DNA of 64,000 nt from Epiperipatus broadwayi. Taxonomy: Eukaryota > Animalia > Onychophora. The stretch lies in assembly GCA_028023455.1 (NCBI GenBank), contig JAQFVV010000009.1, forward strand, positions 16,802,001 to 16,866,000, given 5' to 3'. A model generated the notes under the pieces. That model did no database searches. It was not told the origin of the DNA and worked only from the letters and a program-made list of their open reading frames with translations. Position 1 is the first letter of the stretch. Each line of letters starts with the position of its first letter. Shown piece by piece: positions 12,601 to 25,758 of the stretch. The position numbers and the translations under genes were made by a program.

Positions 12601-13899
12601 CATTTGTAGTAACATTATTGTAAGTTTGAAATGTGTCAGTATCCTTGTTTTAAATTCATTTAAAGCTGATTCCAAGTCACATATATGTTACAATAATTGC
12701 TTGTTTTTAAAATAGTTTTATAAAAGAGAAAAACATTCTGCACTAAATTAATTAAGGATGAACTTTTATCTGTCAAACTTATAGTGTATAATTATAATGA
12801 ACTGAAGTATTTGCTAATACCTTGATGTAAATATTCTAGCTCTTTAAACAGATGGAAATTTCTACTTTCAAAATAATCCCACTCTTATATTAAAAAGAAT
12901 TAAAGAGAAATTATTTGGAAACAAATTTTAAAATGTATGCAAAAATATTTTTTTAAAAAAAAAAAAAAGAGAGAAAACTGCTTAAAAATGTGTTGTTTTT
13001 TTTTTAAAAAAAAAGTGGAATTAAAATGAATCTATATTATTGTACATGCAAACCCGGGATCTCATAATGATATACTCAGCTGAATCATTGATTTTACCTA
13101 CCATTTATTGCCAGCTCATTATTTTAATGTTTTATTATAGTGCTTCTTTGAACTAAATATATATTTTTAAAGGAAGAAATTACTTTAACTTTAAGAACTA
13201 TTAATAATATGTTCATTTAGAAATCTTTGCCATGCTTATGATGAATGTTTTGACCAGAAGCTTTGCACTGTCAGATAAATTGTATTTAATAAATTATATA
13301 CATGTCTTGAACAGAAAAACCAGTACAGAGCTGAAACTATGAACTAAAGTTACTGTATTTTTTTTTATTTTGCATTTTTATTGGTTTAAAAAAAAAAGAG
13401 AGACCAGAAAAATATTTATGCTATATATATATATTTTTAAAAAAAAAGTGTAATACTATTTAGCCTAAATATGCCAATTAAATTAATGTTATAATTTTAG
13501 TCTTAATGGGTGTATTATAATGAGTAGAAATTCAGCCATTCTCAGATAATTTTATATTATTGTATTTGTTAAACGTCTCACAAGTTAAATTATACTTAAT
13601 AATTTTTATCTTTGGAGATTTTAATATCTCATTCTTAGCTTATTTATATATGTGGTATTTCACTCAGTTTTATTTTAAATCAGCCAAAAAAGTTTTCAGA
13701 GGGTTTCCATTCATTTGTTTTATAAATGCTACATTAATAAGGACCGCAAATATTTTATATACGCATTGAGAATTAATATTCTCGCATTTAATATGCAACC
13801 TTTTAAATGTCCCCTAGTCACTATATTTTAATATTTAATATTTTATTATGTGTGCATTGTACCTTTGCTAGAATTTTTATATGCCTTTAATTTGTAAGT

Positions 13900-14450
13900 A
13901 TTTCTAATATTAGTCAGTTGACATAGTTTGCATTGTTGGTTCTGACATTGAGTATACATGTTGTATTTTTAAAATTCTTATTGATGACTTAGTTAGTTCA
14001 TGTGATGTTTATATCTTCTATTAGTTTAGTATTTGTTAGCCTCATAGAGCTAGGCTTTGTTAATTATTATGAATATACTTAATGGAGTAGACAAGGTCCT
14101 CCATCCTTATTGTATTGCTTTTCCATGAGGTGATGATGCTCATTCCCATTGAGGATTATTGTATATCAGATATTTGTATTTCTAGTGATTGTGATCACAT
14201 ATTTTGAAGTATTTAGATCCCATGAAGAGGATCATAGGCATCCTACTTTTTGCCTCAAAGATAGGTATTTTTGGAAGCCACCACATTCTTATGAAGTTGT
14301 TCAGCTCTGCAGAGCATATATATACTTATTTTGGCCTATCACTCATGATGTATTAATGCTAGTTCCACCAGTAGGTGATGTTGCATTTGTTTTAAGATAT
14401 GTAATGACAAGATATGTTTGTTTGAGGAACTTTGCTTCTTCAGGTTGTAG
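13900..14450 (-). mobile_element. Decayed Penelope-like RT remnant
   Basis: Minus strand GKAIQxGWRTLSTPLSIFI (Q-G-MGsPLS-like) followed by KLIEDINITxT (RYIDDIxxxW-like). Confidence 0.4.
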
Positions 14451-16859
14451 TTAGCTATTTTAATGCTTATAGGTATATCAATGTCTGAATTGTGCTGTTA
14501 TGATAGTTTTATCATCCACAAACCAAACAACAATAATTTTTAAGTATGTAAATTATGCATATGGTTATAAGTGGCAATACACACATACTAATTTTAATAT
14601 GTTCATCTGGAGTTTTCGCTGCTGGATTTGTACGTATTTTAAATTTAAATTTTAAAAACATTTAATGTAATAATTTTATGTGGACAGAATTTATGAAAAT
14701 ATGTGTATAATGACCTCTGATGAGTGAGTGCTCCGTACATTTAATTTAGTTTAAAGTTAGCTTAGTCTTGTTTAAATGCATCACTAGCTATATTAATAGT
14801 GTTGGTGTGACTAGTGATAATTTTTAAAATATATGCTGTATATGCTAGTCCTAGCTTAGGGTTTGCTTAGCTTAGGTAATAAATATAAACCTTTTAGTGT
14901 GTTATTCTGATTTTTAAATGACACCACAGTATTATTAAATATGCCAATAAAAATAGAATTATGTTTGTTAAACTTAGAGCATTGTAATTGAAGTATAAAG
15001 ATTTGGAATCTCTAATTATTAAAAGAGATTAGAATTTAATATCAAGTAGCCTCTGCTTGCTCTTGTATGTATTTATTTATTTTATTTTATTTTGTTTATC
15101 AAGATAAACAGTTTTATAAGAGTTAAAGAGGAATACTCAGTAACTTTAGCCAGATAAAAAAAAAAATGTTATAATTTTGTCAGTCCAAACAAAGTTTGAG
15201 AGTCAAAATATTTTTTTTAAAAAGATTCCAGCGGTATCTTGGCAATGTTTATTCTAGTAATTTTGTTTGTAAATATTTTTTTATATTGTTATTAATAAAC
15301 CAAAGTATTATTATTTAAAAAGTTTCGTTTCTGTTTGTTTTACTTTTATATAAAAAATAGTATTGTCTTGAATTCCAAAAGGTTCAGAGAAATAAAAAGT
15401 ATATAAAATATATTTTGATACTGGTTTAAATTATATAAAGCCATGTTAATCTAAGTGATTCTCAGATTGAATCACAGTAACAGATAATCACAGAATTACA
15501 GATACGTGTTTCAAAAGAGTATTTACTATTTTTTTAAAAGCTGCACATTATCTTATATATTTAAAGAATTATAATCCATCTGCATTTAAGGTCCTTAGTA
15601 GGTTGTCTGTGAGTATGAGGAAAGGCATAAAAAGTACCCTTATTCTTTTCCTTGCTTGAGTGATGTTTTGGGTAATAGGCCATTATTAATTTAAATTTAG
15701 ATTAATTCATCAAATCTTTGGTTTAATTTTTTTTTTTGTTTATTACTCTATGATTGAACACAGGGTAGTTATTTTATGGTCAGCCAAGATATCACTCACT
15801 TGTTTATTTATCCAAACAATTAGTTAGTAGGCAACTTAAACTGTTATCTTGCACAAGAGTTTAATTTTAGAACCCCTGAGAATGTTTACTCTTGTTGCCT
15901 TGTTAGTTATACTTCAGTGAAATAGTCCTTCCAACAAAGTATAATTTGTATTATTCAGAGTGTATAATCATAGCAGGCTGATTCTAATATTAACTAATGA
16001 TTTGAATTATCTTTTGTATTGTCTATGCTAAATTATTATTATGCTATAATAGTTATATTTGCATTGATATTGGATCTGGTCTCTATCCGATTGTATATCT
16101 CTAATCATCATTCTTTCTTAAATTTATTGTAACCCCACTGAGCCAAGTCATTAGGAGTCTCTAATAGTATAATCATCTTCCATCCAAATAGTTTAGAATA
16201 GATTAGTTCATTTCATTTTGTCCTCTCCATTTCATTTAATTCATTTTCCATTTTCATTTTCATTTTTGTGTTTAATATTTTCACTATTTACTCATCTCCA
16301 TCTTTTCCCTTTCAAATAGCTTTTAATAAATTAGTTCATTGTCATCTTTTGTAAATCAGTTTATTCATCCATTCCACACGATTTATTTATCTCCATCATT
16401 TTATCTTCATCATCATTTATCTTAGTTTATCTTCATCTCTATAGATTAGTTTATTTCATTTTTGTGATTTTCATTCCATCATTTCATTCTATCTCCATCT
16501 TATTCATCATTTCATCTTATCTTCATCATCACCTTCATTTTATTAATAAAGGTTACAATTAGCGCTCTCTCATCATTCTCATCTTCCATTTCTCATCTCA
16601 TCTTTTCTTCTTCGTCCTTTCTTTCTCTCTTTTATTATTTTCTTTTCTTCATCACCCCCCTCCACCTCTCTTTTTATAAGGTTACAATATATAGAATGTA
16701 AATTATATGTTCATGTATATTTATATTTATATTCATATGTTTGTATTATGTTGTAGTTCTGAAGAAGATTGCTGGGATAATTGAAACTGTAAAAGAGGGG
16801 GTAAATAAAGTATTGTGTAACAGTAGTAAAGTGCAAGGATGAGTTAGTATTATATGAAT

Positions 16860-19800
16860 GTATCTCACTACAAGTTCGTTCACCAACTTCTTTGTGATTC
16901 CATTACAATGCATGGAATTTGGGATCCAATGTCAGATAGCTGATAATCCAAATACTAGGTACCTAGCAATTGAATTTTCTAGGCTACCTAAAGAGTGTTT
17001 CCAAAGTCAAATCAAAATACTTGGAAACTATATACTGATAACAGTCCATCCAAATTGGAACAACAGTATCATTGGGTATTAAAGAATACCTATTTTTGGC
17101 TACACCCCACAAGATTTACAATAGATGATGCACCCTTTTGGCAAAGAAATCATCCTTCAATCAATTCTTCAATCATACTTGTACCTATTCCAAGCAAGAG
17201 TTACAAATTCAAAAATTCAACTGCATCCAGAGATTGATCCAAATATGATCACTACCAAAATTCTTGACCAAGAGGCAACTTTATGTTTATACAGTCATAG
17301 TCCAAAACCTCAATCTATACCTCTGTTTAGAAAGGTTATCTTGAAAGCCATGCTTCAATCCACTTGTTTCACCTTCATCAACAACTATCCCTAAAACAAA
17401 TTTGCAAACAACCAGTCACCAATTAGAATCTGACCTCTCCTCAGCTGTCATCTGTAACAACAGCCAGTCTCATGGTTAAACAACTTCACCTCTAGCCATC
17501 ATCCACCACTAGATTTATAATTCAAATCACTGAATTTCATCTTCACATCAGAACAAATGACTCAGTCTATCCCAATTGTGTATGCACATTTAACTTTGCA
17601 TTCAGAATCTAGTCAATTTTCTATGTGCCCTGATGCAACAAGAATGCCACACTATAACACAAATGTCCAGCCTTCTTATGAGATAGATCCATTTCAAAAC
17701 AGCACAGAATCAACACATCATAAGAAAGAAAACTTCAATTGTACCATGCCTATCACCCATACTATTTCCCCCTTCACACTCAACCCCTAATAAAAGCAAG
17801 AGAAAATATGGACACCCTATGAAAAATCACCAACAAAAACCAAACGAAAACAAATAATACAGACACATATCCCTCATCATTGAGATTGCAGACAACCTAT
17901 ACAAGACCATGCAATCCACACTTTATTGCACTGTTCTGATCACTCATCTTCCTCATTCTCTAAACCAGAACCAACACCCTCCATCTATCCAAACCCATCA
18001 ATTACCATCAGTAGGAATTGATAAATAAACAACTTCACCCATTAATACTATACATTAGCAGAAATATAATTATATACACAACTTTTCACTTCCTTTTTCT
18101 TTTTAAATTATAGCTCCATGATAATAAATATATAAATTCAACATTCCTTTTCTTTTTAAAACTTGTTTTATTCCAAACTATAATTTTCTTTCTCCTTCCA
18201 TACAACGTTTCAACTACATTCTGTAGTCATTATCAAGTTTCCTCCTTCTCTATCTTTAATAAATAATTAAAGAAAAGGAATGTTGAATTTATACATTAGC
18301 AGAACCAAATGCCATTTTCCAGTCTCTTATTTTCAAAAAAATCCCCTCCAACATTATTAATTTTCTTATTTTATGAAACTAAAAATAAAACTCAATATAT
18401 GTGGCCTCAATTCATGATCAAAGCTATATCAATTACAAAAGTGGATTACTATCATTCAGTTTCATCTCAAATTACTGGAAATCAAAATTTACCAAGGATC
18501 ATGACTTGCCCCCATTGACTACCTCCATAGATATGACATCTGTGCCTGCTCCAAAAATTCTTACCATTAGCAGGCACTAATATTCACATTATCTTCAATT
18601 GACTATTCAAGTCATTTAAAATTTTATATGTTGATGGGCACTTACGAATTACCACTTTTCACACCATATAGTAGCACTAAACATAGTATTTATCTATATT
18701 TCTCCCACCTCTACAATCCTCACATATATTTATCCAAACCACAGTTCTTGCAACTAACCCATATGGGTGATTTTAATCTTGATTATCCACTGACTTTTTC
18801 TCTTAAACTTCCTGTTAATGAGTGCCCAGAATTTTCTACTACCTGGTTCAATCACTTTTCACAACAACCATTATGCCACATTCATCAATTTCTATTTTTA
18901 CACTTCAGTGTTGTATCACATCCTAGAACTCAACATTAATCCCACTCCATTCTCAGACCACACTTAATCTTAATAAACTCCAAGCAACATAATTTAATTA
19001 TGTAAAAGAATCAGCATGAATCTTCCCCTCATTTATTGCTGAGTTTATGTTTTCCAAATCCCATATCATGTTAAACAGCTTCATCAAATAGTTATTGACC
19101 TAGTTCAGAAGTATCTGGCCTTCATACATACAATATCATTTAGTATAAACTTAATATGATGGTCCCCTCAGCTCCATATCTTCTATCATTGGCTGATGAG
19201 AAACACTTTCAATTTCTCCCACCAAACACACCAACAATTAATCAGGTTTGCTCAAACTTACCAACATGTCTGAAAACAGTTGAAGGAGTACTTTGCATTC
19301 AAAAAAAAATTTTTTTAACCTTGCAGCACAAGTGAACAGGAGCATACATATACTGGGTGTTGAGTCACCAATCCTAATCAAAGATTCATATGACATTTCA
19401 AAGTGACACAGATGTAATTACTGGACATAATATGATCCACCTCATATATCTGCATTTTAAAAATAAAAAAGATTCATGGTGTATTTACTCCATCAGTCCA
19501 TTGTTTTGGACCATTAAAAACTGCTACACCTTTACAAACCAGCCAATTTTCTACCAAACTTTATACTATTGAAAAATGTTGTCACCATGCACTTCATGAA
19601 ATTTCTGCAATCTTCAGTCATGTTAGTCATTTTATTATATTGTATACTTGTGAACTGACTTATTTCCTTTCACATGAGGATATATAGTATAAAATGTTAG
19701 TATCCAATTGCCATAGTATCTTTTATTAAAAATTAAAACTACACCATCTCTATCAACCCACTAGCCTGTAAAATACTTCCAAAATGTAATTAAGAAGCAA

Positions 19801-21330
19801 ATTGAACCACACATCCTTTCATTATTATCACATATACAGTTCACCAAAAAAGGCTACAGCAATACTCATATTTATGACAATTCTATGCTCAATTCAAAAA
19901 CAATAAAAATCACAATCTCATTGTAGTCCAGCTTTTGATTCCATTTCAACTAACCACTTATTCAAATGCTTGCTAACACCACCATCCTGCCTACTCTGTT
20001 ATACCCAATCACTGACCTTCTGAATCATGATTTGACATTACTCAAATGTAGAAATTCTTCATTCTTCAATATCATGCAGTTAATCTTATAATAGTCAGTC
20101 TTATGCACATTACTTTTTATACTCTACAACAAATATACAAAATGAAAATTATAAGAATGCAAATTCCATATAACTAACAATACATTCCCTAAATAGCCTA
20201 CATGGATAATATTACTGTCTTCCTGCCTTCTCAAAAACAACTCCCCATATTGCAAACCATTTTTCATGATTACACAGCAGTCTACAAACTGCACTTTAAT
20301 CCCAAAAAACTGCTGCAGGGACTCAATTCACAAAGAACTCATGTTCCCAAGTTTTCAAAAGAAACCCCACTGTATTTTAGGCTTTCCGTTTTACAGATTC
20401 CCTTGGTGTAAAACTCACAATACAAACTACAAGATTCTGTATTACAAATTACCAACTCATTTTCTAAGAAATATCTATAAATTTACTCCAAGATATACCT
20501 GTTCAGTATCCCTGCTATGGCAAAAATTGCATACTATGCACCTATTATCAACTTTTCAAAGATGTGCAATAAATAGCTCTGGGAACACAAGACTGTCAAT
20601 ATGCATAAAATAGCTCAACTGCCAATTCTTGTACAATGATCTAGGCTTGCATGCATTTGGGTGTTCTATAATCAAAAAACCATTAATTTAATAGCAGTTA
20701 TTACCAACTGGTTTCAAAAACTCCATGCTAAAAGTAATCTCTACCAATAAACCTCCTCCTTCAATGCCATATCTCACAGATCTTACTCACTCAATTCTGG
20801 GTACCACTGATCAGATCAGTGTCTCCCACATTTCCCAAGTACATTTACTGGCAAACATATAACTTGCTATAGGCAGACCCGGCAATGCTCCCAACATCTT
20901 TTTTTCTACAGTATCATCACCTGTACAAAAATATGAACCTATTATGTGGATTATTCCATGAAACTAAGGAGACTTGACAACACCTTCTTAATGATTGAGC
21001 ACTAAACTCACATGGCAAATTATGCTAAATGCATACAAGAAGATCGCTACTTTCATTTACCACATAACTCAGTCTTTCCAAGATTACACATTCCAGAAAT
21101 GTATGCAGCCACATGTATCCTATTTCCCTCCTAGTGCACCTGATACACTTTTTTTAGGCAACAACCCCCAGAGGTATCCATCCAAATTTGTCAATAAATT
21201 ATGTCAGCTTAAAGCATGGGATAACAACATAGCTCTTTGAACATTTTGGTGGTTACTTGGTCACTCATTAGATACCAGTACAATCTATATGCTGCAACAA
21301 CCACAGTAGGCAGTACTAACAATCTTCTCA
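16860..21330 (+). mobile_element. Decayed L1/Tx1-like LINE, copy 1 (ORF1 remnant + APE + RT)
   Basis: MGDFNLDY (~18763, APE GDFN), KNYTPSL/ISI region ~19735, AFDSI ~19931, IAYMDNITVF...LHFNPKK 20193-20310 (YADD region). Confidence 0.8.
18064..18289 (-). mobile_element. Short pseudo-LTR-like insertion with 15-bp TSD and decayed HHR-like motif
   Basis: TSD tatacattagcagaa (18049-18063, 18290-18304); internal inverted repeat 18131-18155/18269-18293; minus strand CUUGAUAAU GACUAC AGAAU GUAGUU GAAA CG UU at 18203-18237. Confidence 0.65.
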
Positions 21331-21399
21331 GACATTTCACCTGCTTGATAATAAACTAGTTAGATGAAAAATTATGATCTAGATGCTCATTACAATAGT

Positions 21400-22900
21400 T
21401 CAATATCATATCTAACCTGACCAGTCAAACTCAAGGCAATTAAGCAGAATTCTGATAAAAAATCAGAAGGTATTAGATAGTGCTTAATTCAATATTAGAA
21501 TGAATTGGATTTGAAATTAAGTAGTTTAGGATTAAAAATTAAAGAAACAAATGAAAAGTTGTCTGAGCATATGTTAGGGATGGACAATAAAATGAGAAGT
21601 CTTAAAGGGCATGTAAAACAATTCATATTGGAATTAGAGCATAGATTCAAACAAACAGATGAAAAATAGTTTATTCTAAGCACAAAAATAGAGGTGTATC
21701 AGACAAGCACTCAAGTTAAGTTACTAAGCTGATTGAATCAGTGCATGAATATAAAGTTGAAGTTCATTTTAAAATTTTATCTAGATAAAGATATTAAACA
21801 GATCCAAAAGAATTTAGTCAAAGTTAGAGATTTTGTCTGATAAAAAAAAAGAGCATAATAATTATTTAGCTAAGCAAATAACTATTTTTAAAGAGGAGCA
21901 GAAATAATTTATTGAGGAGCTAGAAAAATATAAATGTAAATTCTAAGTTTGAAAGTGTTGATAAAAAAATCCAAGAGTTACAAAATGTCAAGGAACAGAA
22001 TATTAACTTTGTTAGACATAATCATAAAACCTATAGATGAATAAGTTGTTGAGACTAATCATAGAAAGGTATTCTTTAGAAGATAATCTTGCAAAACCTG
22101 AAATGGATGTTTCTCAATGTAAGATATTACCAGAAAGTAAGAATCATAAAAATCCAAAACCTATATTATAATAATGAGGGTAGGAATGAATACTCTATGG
22201 TTTTAAAATTTTTGAATACTTAGAAAATCCCTCTGAATATTTACAAAACCTAGAGGAGTTGTTTACTTTGTGTGATCTTTATGAAACTGAGATCACCATA
22301 GTCAGTAATCACTTGTACATGACTTCCAAAGACTGGTGGAAATTCCTATTTACAAAACAGAAAACTTATGGGGATTATAAATATTTAATCTTGTCATGTT
22401 TGGAGGGAATAATAAAATAAATTTTATTATCAGGTCTTTTAGAAGAAGAATAGCATGCATAAAAGCAGCTATACCCAGTTCTTTAAAGGGAAGTAGTCAA
22501 ATTAAAAACACTGACAGCCTTTTCTTTGACTGAACACCAAATATTCTGGATACTTGACACAAATTTTCTAAAATATGTTGAACATTTTAATTGCTACTTA
22601 CAGATATACTATTGAAAATATTACCAAGATCATTAACTTACTTGAGATAAGTGAACAAAGTCTTGCCAACAAACCAAAAGTGATTAAAAAACCCATTATC
22701 CTGTGAATAGTCTGAATGTGACTGCTGCATGACACTAGCATAACAGGAAACTAATATAAAACTGAATTCACAATAATACATTAGCTTCTTATGTTACCAA
22801 TGGCTCTCTTAAAAGCTGACCTAGAATTAAAATGAAGGACAATGGCCTTAATCAATCCTCTACTAGTGGTATACAAATAATACCAAAAATAGCTGGTAAA
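21400..22900 (+). mobile_element. Decayed Gypsy-like gag (coiled coil + retrotransposon capsid-like domain)
   Basis: Coiled-coil-like LDLKLSSLGLKIKETNEKLSEHMLGMDNKM (~21505) and ENPSEYLQNLEELFTLC...SKDWWKFLF in the frame starting 22202. Confidence 0.6.
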
Positions 22901-23428
22901 ATTAAAACTCATTCCTCAGGGGAATGATTAATTATTTTAAAACTTAAATTAGAACCAAGTTTACTATACAGTGTTATGATAATGTATGAAGATTTCAAAG
23001 TCTGCTAAAATTTGTTGTTAAAAATGATTGATATATAATGCATAAAAAAAATTTCCCTATAAATTTGAAGAAATTGTAATCTTTAACTTTGTCTGTAAAA
23101 CCTAAATATCCAGTTATGTAGTTGCTTAGTATTAAAAAAAATCCATAGTTTAATTTTTATAGTAAGCCAACTTTATTTTTACTTAATATTTACATGTTGA
23201 TATATTTTATGATTCAATTTATAACAACTGTTACAATTTTAGTAGCTTTAAAAGTTATTTTAATGATTTATGTGTAATGCTTTAAATCTATCATGAAATG
23301 TTAGTATGTTAATTGTAAAAACATTAAAGGTAAAACTATCTTAATTTAACTATTAGTGAATTAAAAGTCAATATTAGATTTAAAACCTAAATACAAAATT
23401 AAATTTTTAATATTAAGTTATTAATATT

Positions 23429-23639
23429 AAGCCAATAAACATCATATGACCACCACTTTTTATGCTTGTGTATAACTGTTGTTAAAACAGGCAAAACTCA
23501 CAAGCCAAAAACTAGTCTGGAGATATTGGATGAGTAGGCACTAGATGGGGATTTTATGCACAAGCCTTCTGGCATCCATTGATTACTCTAGCTTTCTGTG
23601 TGTGGCAATACATATAGTAAGTTTTGCCTGTTTTAAAAA
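23429..23639. mobile_element. Family A short copy with 5' inversion and 14-bp TSD
   Basis: TSD aagttattaatatt (23415-23428, 23640-23653); aaaacaggcaaaac.../...gttttgcctgtttt inverted ends; retains the HHR 3' half (gcc aaaaa ctag tc tggag). Confidence 0.85.
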
Positions 23640-24399
23640 AAGTTATTAATATTTAAATTATCTGTTAATAAAAATATGTTTTTATTTAAATAATTTATTA
23701 ATAATAAGTATGCTTTATTTAATGATAGTTGTGATAAAAATTAGCTTACTTAAATAATTTTTAAACTAGTTAATTGAAGAAAATAAATCATTAATTTTAT
23801 TAATTAAGCTATCTATTTTCAAGTAGAAGAATGCATTAGTGTGTTAGAATGCATGGGATGTAAATTTTTACCTTACCTTCCTTGTTAGTAGAATGTTAAA
23901 ATTATTTTAAAAATCTTTGTTTTAAAAAATCTTCTTTAAAAATGTTCTGGGAGGTTAAATCACTTAATTAAGGAACATAAATATGCTTCAAAGAATATTG
24001 TAAGATAATATTATATTTGAAATGATGTAATATGTTATGTAATATTTTATTTTTATTATATATTTTTGATTTTTCTAAATAATTTATATTAAAGATGTAG
24101 TAATTAATTAATGTCTAGAGAGATTTGTAAATTATTTTATTTTAATAGTTTTCCCAGGATACTAATTAATTTGCAAAGTTTAATAGCTGTAAGCCAAAGG
24201 TGAGTAGAGTTTATGTCAATTTCATTAGGTAAAAGCAGTCATATGATGTATTTTATAAATAGAACTAGTGAACACATTAGTCCACACTCTTTTTCAGTTA
24301 TTTACTTGTTAATTTACTGGTTATATTTTATTAAGTTTTAATTGCTTTTAATAAATTTTTGTTTGTTTTAAAAGTTAAAATATGAATCGCTAAATAGTT

Positions 24400-24560
24400 T
24401 CATCCAGGCTCAGAATATTTAAATTAAAATTACCAATACTTGATATTTACATTGCAAGGAAATATGATGGAAAGGTCAACAAAGTATTTAACAATAATAA
24501 AGTTATTTTTATGTGACTTATATACTTTGATGGATTTCTGCATAAAGCATAATTATTGTG
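24400..24560 (+). mobile_element. Penelope-like RT C-terminal remnant
   Basis: KLPILDIYIARKYDGKVNKVF resembles the PLE LPFLDVxIxRxxDG...VYRK motif. Confidence 0.5.
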
Positions 24561-25625
24561 TAAGAACTTTTATTGATTTTAATTTACTTGTTAGAAATAA
24601 ATGATATTATAAGTTAAATTTTTTCTATTTGGAAATATTAATACTAGTAAAAAATTTAGTCTACTTTAAGCAGTTTTATTCAAGAAGAAAAATGTGTTCA
24701 CTTAAAAGTTCATATTTTGAAAGGAGGTTATAACAGAAAAAATTTATAATTGCATTAATTAAATTTAATTATGCTCTGACAAGAAAATATTTAGTTTAAA
24801 TTGATATTTTTTTGAATTATTAAAATGTATTCTAAGCATTAATGGATGAATTTCTTTTAGAAATATTATAATATACATTTTATTATTATATAAAAAATAT
24901 TAAAATATTATAAAATACATTGACTTTAAAAAGAATTATGTTCATTTATTTAACACAATAAATTATTTTAAATGCTATTACATTTAAAATGATGTTTTGC
25001 TATTGGTATCAGCAGGATGGATGTTAATGCTTGCTGAATATTATTATATTTAATTCAGCAAGGAAAAATATTTTTTCTATATTAAGAAACTTAAATTTAT
25101 TGACTTTTGTTACTTTATAGTTTATTTACTTATGATATCCAATGGAAAGATAATATTCCTGGATATTAATGAATAATGTATTCAAATTTATTACCTTTAA
25201 ATTATTTACTCTTTGCTGCAGCAATTAGAATAAATTGGATTGCCGATAATTTGAACATGAATGCTCCCAAATTAATTTCATTCAAGGATTATAAACATCA
25301 TGTTTTTATTATAAATGTCTATGCTTTTCTCATCATTGTTATTACTCAAAAATGTGCTCTATCATGGAATACATTATTTTTCAAATGAACTAATATTCCT
25401 CAATTTTGTCAATATATGCTTTCCAAAAAGGTAATAATATAATATAATATTATATGGTAAATTAAAGATGCATCATTATCTGCTTATTTTAAATTATATT
25501 TCCCAAAAGTTAAATAGCCATACAGCTATACATATGTTCTTGTACTAGTGTTTATAATGAAATTTATTGCTTAATGTTTGTGTTAAAGTGCTTTACATGT
25601 AATGACATTTACAATAACTGTGTCC

Positions 25626-25758
<133 letters not shown>

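Noticed and set aside
13238-13334. ATGATGA...CTGA, box C/D snoRNA-like
   Set aside because: No terminal stem or recognisable guide; such boxes are frequent by chance in AT-rich DNA.
14717-14740. ctgatgagtgagtgctc, hammerhead-like
   Set aside because: GAAA core and helix III are absent.
24158-24199. Candidate 42-nt exon with strong AAG|GTGAGT donor
   Set aside because: Lies next to Penelope remnants; no homology or partner exon.
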